Of a DNA stretch of 64,000 nt, positions 55,749 through 64,000 are shown piece after piece. This stretch comes from Chrysomallon squamiferum (taxonomy: Eukaryota > Animalia > Mollusca), in contig CM022675.1 in NCBI GenBank assembly GCA_012295275.1, positions 3,720,001-3,784,000 of the forward strand, in the 5' to 3' direction. How positions within the stretch are numbered: the first letter of the stretch is position 1; each line of letters begins with the position of its first letter. The position numbers were made by a program, and so were the translations under genes. The notes beneath the pieces were generated by a model, which was not told the DNA's origin, searched no databases, and worked only from the letters and a program-made list of their open reading frames with translations.

Positions 55749-58700
55749 AAAATAAAACAACAGTAGCACAAGATGTCAAGTGAAAAACTGTCTTACTGCA
55801 AAATACTCAATGGCAGCAAACAGAAATTGTAATTTTACATTATTTTGAGTGATAAGCAGCATTTGGGAAAGTACACAGTAAAACTTTAGAAGTAGATAAA
55901 AATAATAATTTCATTGATTTAAGAAGTAAATAACATTTGTTTTGCAAAATGTATATAATGGCAGTAGATAAAAATGCTAATTGTACATCATACCTTTCAA
56001 GTAATAAACAGTATTGTAGATAAATAAGTGTATTCTGTTTATATTAAGTGATGAACAATATCTATATTTTAAAATGTGTACAACAGTAGATACAAATAGT
56101 ATTTTCTTTGTTTTTATTTTAAGTGATAAGTCCATCTATGTTGTAAAATAAACAATAGCGTAAGACAGAAATAGTACATGTTAAGTGATGCAGTCCATAT
56201 TGCATACTATAAAAAAAACATTAAATAAAGTGGATGTGTAATGTTCATTTCTAATGTTAGTGTATTGAGAATATGTACAATAAAAAAACAACTGTATAAT
56301 GTTTAAGTTATAAACAATATCTGTGTTGCAAAATAAACAATAGCAATGGACAAAAATAGTGTACAACGTTAAGTGGGAAAAAGTCCATATTGCAGAATAT
56401 ATATACAAAACAATAGCAAAAAACCCAGTAATGTCTTTGTGTTTACTACAAATGATAAACACTGCAATGCAGAATATGTACAATAGTGCTAGAAAAAACA
56501 ACTATAATGTTTGTTTTAAATTGTAAACAATATCTGTTGTAAAATAAACAATAGCAATGCTAAGTGAAAAAAAATTTCATATTGCAAATCAGCAGATAAA
56601 AATAGTTTGTGTTCATTTCAAATGTTACAGTATATTGCAGAATATGTAATTCATTTTAAGTAATAAACAATATTTGTATTGTAAAATAAACAATAGCAGT
56701 GGACAACAATAGTGTACAGTGTTAAGTGATACTGTCCATATTGCAGAATATATACAGAACAATAGATAAAAATAGTAATTTCTTTGTGTTTATTGCAGAT
56801 TACAAACAGTACAATGCAGAATATATACAATATTGTTTAGAAAAAATGACCGTATAAGAAATAATTGTAACAATATCTGTGGTGAAACGCCCATATTGCA
56901 GAATATATACAAAAGAGCAGATAAAAATAGTAATTTGTTTGTGTGTAAGTGATAAGTGCTGTAACATGCAGTAAACATGAAATAACACACATGTTTATGA
57001 AGCAGTAAATCTGTGACGAGCCACATCTGGTAACACAGTGAGATAGAAATATTCTGTTCACACCAGTGTGATGAACTCAGGTGAATTGACTGACCTGTGT
57101 GTGTCACTGTGCAACATCTGTTAAAAAGTGTTTATCATCACATCAGGTACATGATGGTTGCTAGGTAACGTGTTTGATTCATCTGATATGGCTGCATTGA
57201 CATTGAGTAAAAAAAAAACAACCCAAAACAAGGTTGTTTAATTTAATATCAAGTTTTGATTCCAAGTTTGAAATGGTGCCAATTATTGATAATTTAATTT
57301 CATCTTCAATTCTAATTTTCATGCACCTAATTTTTTCTGTGGGTTTGACAATTGCAATTTTGACCTGTTGGAGTTTGGAGATTTATAATAAAATAAAAAA
57401 AATGTTGATGTCTGTGGAGGGCAGACAACTATAGTTGCTGTGATTAACATGGGTTTTGAACGTTCTTACATGGTTTTTCTAAAGTATCTGTGGGTGAAGT
57501 TATTTTAGTATCCTGAGTATTCCCAGTGTGTGTAGATCCCTGGGTGTGGTCCAGAACACACCTATCCATGGGTACAGCAGATTTGCATCAAATCTTCTTC
57601 AATGATTACCATGTGCTTATTTCTTGAATTTCTTTTTTCTTTTTCTGTTGTGTTTTTTTAATTGAAAGTTAGTAATAGATAAAATGTTTATTCTGACAAC
57701 AATCATGATAATCTGATAATCCACTAATCCATGACACGTCAGATCTCAGTGGTTTGGTGTGAATTTTAAGGTGGAAGATAAATAAAAAGTGAATCGTCTT
57801 CGGCGCTGATGTTAAAAATACTTCAGATCCATCCTCTTGGTTCACTACATTATTCAAAGCAATTCAGACCTTCAAAAAAGTTAATCATTTTGTTTAAAAT
57901 TACCTTGATTAAAAAATTGATTTAAAAAAACCATTCCTGTCTGTGGGAGTGTACATACAGATGGTCTATTCTTGCTGAATGTCAAGAAGTGTGTTGTGAT
58001 AATGTTGATTTAGTGAATATTTCTGTAACTAATCTGTTCGCTGTGATGTAAGACTGGTATTGTTTTTGCAGGCATGCTATCACATCAGCTGAAGAGACAT
58101 GTAATAGATGGAGAGAAGGCTTTCATACAGAACCCAACAGAAGCACAAAGGTTGGTTGAAACAACATGTTTGTTGTTTTTATTAAAAATGTTCTTCTTTT
58201 TACACATTTTGAATAAGGACTCACTTTATCCAAAGACATACTTAGTTTTATACTTTTTACACAGTTATTTTACTGCGTTCAATTAAAAATTGGAAGAAGT
58301 CCTTTTGAAACAGGTTTTCCTTTCTCCATGTAGATAGTGCTCAAAAATTAGTTTTTTGAACTGGCATAAAGATTTTTTTGTACTTATTTGAAAATGGGTA
58401 GATTTCATTTTGAATGAGGTGTGTTCCTGTTTACAGTTAGGTGTAGTAGTTGTAGTCTGTTTTCTGGTTTGTAGAAAAGAACATGAGAAATGTGAATTTG
58501 AAACTCACGAGGTGTACGCAGTCGATGTTTTAGTGAGCACAGGAGAAGGAAAGGTGAGATTTATTTAAATATTTTTTATATCAGTCAGTTCACTGACACA
58601 GGAACACAAATGTACATTCACAAATAACTGTATCTGCTTATTTTTTCACATGCACACACTCACTCACACACAATGTATTTATGTATACGTGTACACACAC

Positions 58701-59688
58701 ACACACACACACACACATACACACATACACTGTACACACACAAACACATAAACAAATAAGGTATTAACAGATTTACAGATATATAGATGTAGTCGTGTAC
58801 AAATGACAAGCTAATTTAGCACAAAAAACCCCCTAAAAAAATGAATACTACTCTATCTGAAAAAAGTTTTTATATTTTTGTTTAATTGAATAATGACACT
58901 TAAATTAAATAATAAATATTATCACCAGTTAAAAAAACAGAAGAGAGAAAAGGTTTACACCAATCACTGAAACTTGTTACGATTATTACAAATGGATAAT
59001 GACAAAGATATCTTAATATTAGTTTTAGTACTTAAAAATTATATTAGAACTTAGCCCATTCTGAACTAAAACTTACTGATGTTACACAATTAAAATGATA
59101 ATAAAAAAAAAAAAAAAAAAAAACTGAAAAAAAAAAGATAAATACTTAAAAAAACTGAAAAGTAGAAAAGCACAACACCCCCAAATGAATGTTAACTTGT
59201 GACTACTAATAGAGACTGTTGGTATAAACAGTATTTGTGTTTGTTTAGGGCAGGGAGAGGGAGGCCAGGACTACAGTTTACAAGAAAAAAGACACAAACT
59301 ACCCTTTAAAAATGAAAGCATCGAGACGTAAGTGTTAGCAAATATCTTGTTTTATTTCAATAATTACCTTCTGTTTGTGAAATTACGTCATCACTTGCTG
59401 AATATAGCCAGTAACAGAACAAGCCTATAATACATTGAATAAAGTAATTGTGTGTTTCTAAAGAGTGGCAGTTCACTGGTTCAGTTCTTTGTGGTGGACT
59501 CAGTATTTTGTATTTCAATGCTGTCTTTTTTCTGTTTTTTTCTGGTTCTGTTATATGTTGGTTGTTGTTTAATAAGTGAAACTACGCCATAGAAAGAGAA
59601 AGTAGTGTTTGTCCTCTGCTGTCCACATTATTTTTAATTAAATTTGGAATGACAGTCTTGTGTACCAATATCACTTAAAATTAAGCAT

Positions 59689-59719
<31 letters not shown>

Positions 59720-60689
59720 TTACCTTTGCAATTCATAATAAAGCAACATATTTACTCATTAAAGATTTTTAAAATTATTATTATTTTTTAAATTTAACTG
59801 ATGAAAAAATTTAATTCGTTTATTCATTTATTCATTCATTCATAACTGGTAATTTTCTCCAGATTAAACTTGTTTATATTATTTTATAATAATTTTTAAA
59901 AATATTCTTTTTTTTTTTTTTTTACAGAATTTTTAACCGAGACAGAAAAGAAGTCTGGTTTGATGCCTTTCACTCTCAGGTAGGTTATATGATTATAATC
60001 ATCATAATCCAGGAATCTGATAATCCACTAATCCATGACACTTCAGATCTCAGTGGTTTGATGTGAATTTTAAAGTGGAAGATAAAAAAAAAGTGAATCG
60101 TCTTCGGCGCTGATGTTAAAAATACTTCAGATCCATCCTCTTGGTTCACTACATTTATTATTTTTATTTTTATTTTAATGAAAAAAATTATATTTTTATT
60201 AATCTTACATGTTATTCTTAATGTAAAAAAAAATTATTTTCTTTGGTTGATAATAGGTACAATAAAACTAATGTCTTTCAATTTGTTATCTAAAATTATT
60301 TAAATACAAGATAATGGGAGGAGCCAGGTAATTTTTGTACTTAAATTGAAAATAATGGGGCATTTAAAGAAGTACTTTATTTGTAAACTAAACATTAAAG
60401 TAATTGCATTTATGGGATAATTTTTAGAATTAAGTGAAGTATTAAATAATAGTATTTATGATGTTAGCAGTAATTTCTATAAATAGATTTTAAAATAATG
60501 ATGTTAGCAGTAATTTTCTGGCGTCGAATAAATAGATGTTGAATAAATTTTTTAATAAATAAACTTGTACAGTATTTTCTGTGAATGTTTTCAGGGGTTT
60601 TGATGATGAGAAGAAGGCGAAGATGGGAGTTGTGGAGTGTGTAAAACATGAACTAATGCAGCCATTCAATGTTTTATATGAGCGAGACG
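50315..60689 (+). CDS. PA2G4: Proliferation-associated protein 2G4 / EBP1 (M24-like fold), 3'-partial in the window
   Basis: Exons 50315-50405, 51912-52040, 52914-53019, 53733-53802, 54144-54236, 54811-54874, 58072-58150, 58475-58553, 59249-59327, 59928-59979, 60595-60689; all GT-AG and in phase. Translation: [30 protein letters not shown]...[22 protein letters not shown]...[16 protein letters not shown]...[16 protein letters not shown]...[15 protein letters not shown]...[37 protein letters not shown]. The next exon was not found before 64000. Confidence 0.97.
51286..51420 (+). ncRNA. Box H/ACA snoRNA copy 1 (PA2G4 intron 1)
   Basis: Hairpin, H box (ATATAA), hairpin, then ACA-TTT. Near-identical to five other intronic copies. 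The 3' pocket ATCGTCTTCG/CCTCT is complementary to 18S rRNA. Confidence 0.8.
53295..53428 (+). ncRNA. Box H/ACA snoRNA copy 2 (intron 3)
   Basis: TCCACT/AGTGGA stem, H box AGATAA, GTGAATC/GGTTCAC stem, ACA at 53423-25. Confidence 0.85.
54495..54628 (+). ncRNA. Box H/ACA snoRNA copy 3 (intron 5)
   Basis: Same structure; H box AGATAA; ACA at 54623-25. Confidence 0.85.
55153..55287 (+). ncRNA. Box H/ACA snoRNA copy 4 (intron 6)
   Basis: Same structure; H box AAATAA; ACA at 55282-84. Confidence 0.85.
55780..56980. repeat. Degenerate ~60-bp tandem repeat in PA2G4 intron 6
   Basis: Recurrent atattgcagaatat(a/g)tacaa / aataaacaatagca / gataaaaatagt / ttaagtgata blocks. Confidence 0.7.
57719..57852 (+). 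ncRNA. Box H/ACA snoRNA copy 5 (intron 6)
   Basis: Same structure. Its two substitutions (ttgGtgtg, aaGgtgg) give G-U pairs. ACA at 57847-49. Confidence 0.85.
57933..57990 (+). mobile_element. Short MetaSINE fragment
   Basis: tcctgtctgtgggagtgtacatac...cttgctg resembles the recalled Meta-domain lead-in. Confidence 0.45.
60023..60156 (+). ncRNA. Box H/ACA snoRNA copy 6 (intron 10)
   Basis: Same structure; H box AGATAA; ACA at 60151-53. Confidence 0.85.
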
Positions 60690-60881
60690 GTGAGAACTCG
60701 TTTTTACATGTTAGCTTTTCACCCATAATGCAACACTGTGCAGGCTGTAGTCAGTGGTTAGTGACAGGCCTGGGATGTGGTATCTAACAGGATCAGTCCT
60801 TCACATCTCTTAATTTTAATTCTTTATTATTATTATTATTATTATTATTATTTATATATTTTGGTTACTGTAATTGGTTTG

Positions 60882-61145
60882 TTACATATTTGGTAGCTGT
60901 TTATGGGAGGGTGTGTAAATAAAAAAAAATTTTGTGATTGGTTGTATTTTGAAAATTTGATTGGTGATATTAGTTCAATTGTTAATGAATATTTATTTTC
61001 AAAATTTGTGATTGGTGATATTGCTGATACCAGTTTAATAGTGGAATTATTCAATGTTTTCAAATTGTGTTCTGAAGTGATACTTGTCACAGTGTTTACT
61101 GATTACTACTTGGATTTCTTCTTTTATACAAATGTAAAAAGTTTC
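60882..61145 (+). repeat. Unclassified dispersed repeat (copy of 17566-17790)
   Basis: Direct sequence similarity, with an internal duplication of gattggtgatatt. Confidence 0.8.
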
Positions 61146-61340
61146 CAAAAAAACATTTGTTGTGTTAAATATTTCATAAATTTAGCTCAACAAGGATCTT
61201 ATTAATACCTCAAAAAACATGTACATAGAACTAAACTAACAGTTTTTCTGATTTGTATTTGAAAAATAATAAATTGAATGAGATCTTAAATTTAAATTGT
61301 CAGTATTTTGATACTTAAAAGAATATTTATTTTCATTTGG

Positions 61341-61405
61341 CCTGAATGATGTTAACACAGACCTGTACTGAAATAATTTTGACAGAAGCTTTTAAAACTG
61401 ACAGG
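61341..61405 (+). ncRNA. SNORD25: Box C/D snoRNA, U25/SNORD25 homolog, copy A (intron 11)
   Basis: C box ATGATGT, guide CACAGACCTGT-A plus D' CTGA (the hallmark I recall for human U25; complementary to 18S ACAGGUCUGUG, human Gm1490 / yeast Gm1428), D box CTGA, terminal stem TTTGGCCTG/CAGGTCAAA. Confidence 0.85.
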
Positions 61406-62357
61406 TCAAATAAAATAGATAATTCAGTTATTAATAAAACTTTGACAGAGATAATCCTTTGAAATTGTTGAACAAGACATTTTTTAACAGATTTAAATAG
61501 ATATCCAGTGTTTAAAAGTTGTCCGATTTTCATATTCAGATGTTCTTATTTAAAGAAAATGTTCAAAAATAATGTTTTACTGTTTACCAGTGTTCTGTGA
61601 TTTTCTGTCTGAACTGCAGTGATGAATATACAGTACTGTTGTGTTTTCTGTGTCACACAAAACACTGTGGTTATATATCATCACATCAGTCATTACAGCT
61701 ATCAGAGGTCCATATGTATCTAATCTTAAAAGTATTTTAAAAGGACCACAAGGTTGTTAGTTTTATCTGGTTAAATCCATTACAGTACAAATTCTTATGA
61801 ATTGTTTCTTTTTAGGCACAATTCAGTGTCAGAATTATACAGGTTATCACAGAAATCATTATAAAAACATTATAAAAACTATAATTAACAAATAAGAGAA
61901 TCTTACTGGAAATAACTAGAATAGGGCTTGGTAACAAGGTATACATTTGCCTCAACAGATTTCACAGGTTTTGGAAATTCTGTCACATTGGAAATTCAGT
62001 GTTTTTTTTATCTACATTTAGAAAAGTTTTGTAAACTTGCTATTTCAAAAAGGGTAAAATTTAATCTGTAGAAAAATTAAATGGCATTTGATGACTGATT
62101 TAAAAAATAAAATAAAAAACAGTTTTTAAGCACATTTCTGAAAAATTACTATTATGCTACTAGCAGGTATTTGTGTACAAAATCAGGGAGTGTCAAAATT
62201 GGATTATTTCCATTTCCAGTCAAAAGACATTTGTTTTTTTACTTCTAGTGAAATATTTCCTGGTAAAATATCTAATCGAGTTTTTGGAAATCTCATTGTT
62301 CATTTTGTAAAAATTAAAGATTTCACATCTATAAGAAATAAAATAAAAGTTGTCCAG

Positions 62358-62424
62358 TCTGAATGATGTAAACACAGACCTGTACTGAATCAAACACTTG
62401 AACGAAACATTTCTAACTGACAGG
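62358..62424 (+). ncRNA. SNORD25: Box C/D snoRNA, U25/SNORD25 homolog, copy B
   Basis: ATGATGT...CACAGACCTGTACTGA...CTGA; stem TCTG/CAGG plus outer TGTCC/GGACA. Confidence 0.85.
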
Positions 62425-62698
62425 AAGGACAGCCAGATTTTATAATATAGATTTGTATAAATACATTCTCTTTTCTTAAAATAATTTGAAAATGAAAAGT
62501 AGTACAAACATTTTATTGTAAGAAATATCTTTTTCTGAACATGCATATATTTAAACATTTGAACAGATACACTGACATTCAGACACACACACACACACAC
62601 AAACACACACACGTGTTCTCTCTGAATGCCTATCTCACACATCTGTACATACAAAGTACATGCACTGTGTTTTATTTATTATTATTAATTTTGTTCAT

Positions 62699-62766
62699 CC
62701 TGAATGATGTTAACACAGACCTGTACTGAAACAGATTTGACAGAAAATCTTTATATCACTGACAGG
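62699..62766 (+). ncRNA. SNORD25: Box C/D snoRNA, U25/SNORD25 homolog, copy C
   Basis: ATGATGT...CACAGACCTGTACTGA...CTGA; long stem TTTGTTC-A-TCCTG / CAGGA-A-GAACAAA. Confidence 0.85.
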
Positions 62767-63375
62767 AAGAACAAATTTAATTATTTCTTCATTTTATATA
62801 CACTTAAAATCGGTGTTTTACATATTTATCCAGTCATTCTTTGCCAGTAATAAAGATACAACAAAATTAAATTATCTTAACAATGAATTTATGGGTGTGA
62901 TCAATTAATTTTGTAAAGCAAAAAAAAAAAGAAATGTAGCATGTAATCAATTAACAGATAATAAAAATAAATCTGTTACTAATACGGTCAGCTGAAAATG
63001 ATAAATTTTGTATTTGTAGGCATGTTTCTGCATGGATGTACAAACAAGCTGAAATATAAATGCATAACACAATTACACATTACATGTTAATGATTGTAAT
63101 TTCTGTTTATTTATTGTGGTGTTATGGTTGTTACTATTTACTTTAATTATTATTATTTATAAATACATTTAAAGTAAATATTGATTTATTTATATATTGT
63201 TATTATTATTAATATTATTGTTATTATTATTATTGCTACTATTATTAACAAATATATTTAAGCTAAATATTTGATTTGGTTAAAAAAACATTGCTGAATG
63301 GACAGTGAGAATGTGTTGAAAGATGTAATGAAATGTGTGTTGAACACAGTGTAAGTAAATATTTACATTGGTCCA

Positions 63376-63434
63376 CCTGAATCATGTCAACACACACCTG
63401 TGAAGTTGACAGAAAATATTTACATCACTCACAG
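63376..63434 (+). pseudogene. Decayed U25-like snoRNA copy
   Basis: cctgaatcatgtcaacacacacctgtgaagttgacagaaaat...cactcacag aligns with copy C, but the C box (ATCATG), guide (CACACACC), D' box and D box (CTCA) are mutated. Confidence 0.65.
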
Positions 63435-63781
63435 AAAAAACACATTTCAATTTTATGGAAATGAAATATAATAATATAAAACAATAAAATAAAAAGTATG
63501 TAAATAAATAAATAACTAAATAAAAAAAATAACAAACTAAATGGAAGGCAAAAAAATAAATAACAAACTAAAGAAGAAAAAAAGTATAAAATAACAAGTA
63601 AGCCATGGATAGGCAAAAAAAATTAAAAATCTACATAAACACTGTTTTTTTGTGCTTTTATTAATAATAATAATAATAACAACAACAATGTGTGAAATAA
63701 TCGGCATACTGCTATAAACATAAAAAAAAACTTATTTTGAAAACTGGATGTCTAACATTTGTACTGATGACATCATAATTC

Positions 63782-63916
63782 ATCACCAATTCATGACACA
63801 TCTGACCTCTCATGGATTTATGTGAACATTAAGGTGAAATAGAAATTTGTGCTTTGTTTCTGGTGCTGGAGTTTCAAAAATACACTTCAATTCCATCTTC
63901 AGCTTTCACTACATTT
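63782..63916 (+). ncRNA. Divergent seventh H/ACA paralog (intron 11); functional variant or pseudogene
   Basis: Aligns with the family (catgacacatc...atgtgaa...aaaaatac...tccatc...ttcactACAttt). H box ATAGAA. First stem changed to TCACC/GGTGA; second hairpin poorly preserved. Confidence 0.6.
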
Positions 63917-64000
63917 TTAAACATACATTTTTCTTCATACATTTTTAAACATAGTTATGACAGAATGGTTGAAAATGATGATGATATTAGCATTGCTAGT

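Noticed and set aside
57068-57186. Possible box C/D snoRNA (GTGATGA..CTGA..ATGATGG..CTGA)
   Set aside because: No proper terminal stem and no convincing rRNA guide; the C box is sequestered in an inverted repeat also seen at 61619.
51286-60156. 134-nt repeat interpreted as a SINE, MITE or CRISPR-like array
   Set aside because: No TIR, TSD, poly-A or A/B boxes. It is strictly sense, intronic and limited to one gene, has H/ACA boxes and rRNA complementarity, and has no spacers or cas genes in a eukaryotic context.

Overview
AT-rich, microsatellite-dense animal genomic DNA, probably molluscan or lophotrochozoan (inferred from Meta-domain SINE remnants, spliceosomal introns and mosaic CpG content). 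Almost all listed ORFs are microsatellite artefacts. Three real genes are visible. (1) ABRACL/Costars (minus strand, 81 aa, 2 coding exons, 2403-3307). (2) A spliced neuropeptide precursor (minus strand, about 100 aa, exons 18811-18564 and probably 10630-10576). It has a signal peptide, a 4-Cys peptide and KR-AGSRMPFRY-G-KR (CCRFamide-like), and sits in a CpG-retaining domain with seven perfect CRE palindromes and clustered E-boxes. (3) PA2G4/EBP1 (plus strand, 11 exons, 50315-60689, continuing past the window). The most striking structure is in the PA2G4 introns, which carry an unannotated snoRNA array. It comprises six near-identical and one divergent ~134-nt box H/ACA RNAs (3' hairpin complementary to 18S AGAGG-UU-CGAAGACGAU) and three intact plus one decayed U25/SNORD25-type box C/D RNAs. 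The C/D copies are clustered in a single intron with extended external stems. Decayed transposons (hAT MITE, pogo/Tigger element, RNase H-containing LINE, MetaSINEs) and tandem repeats fill the rest.
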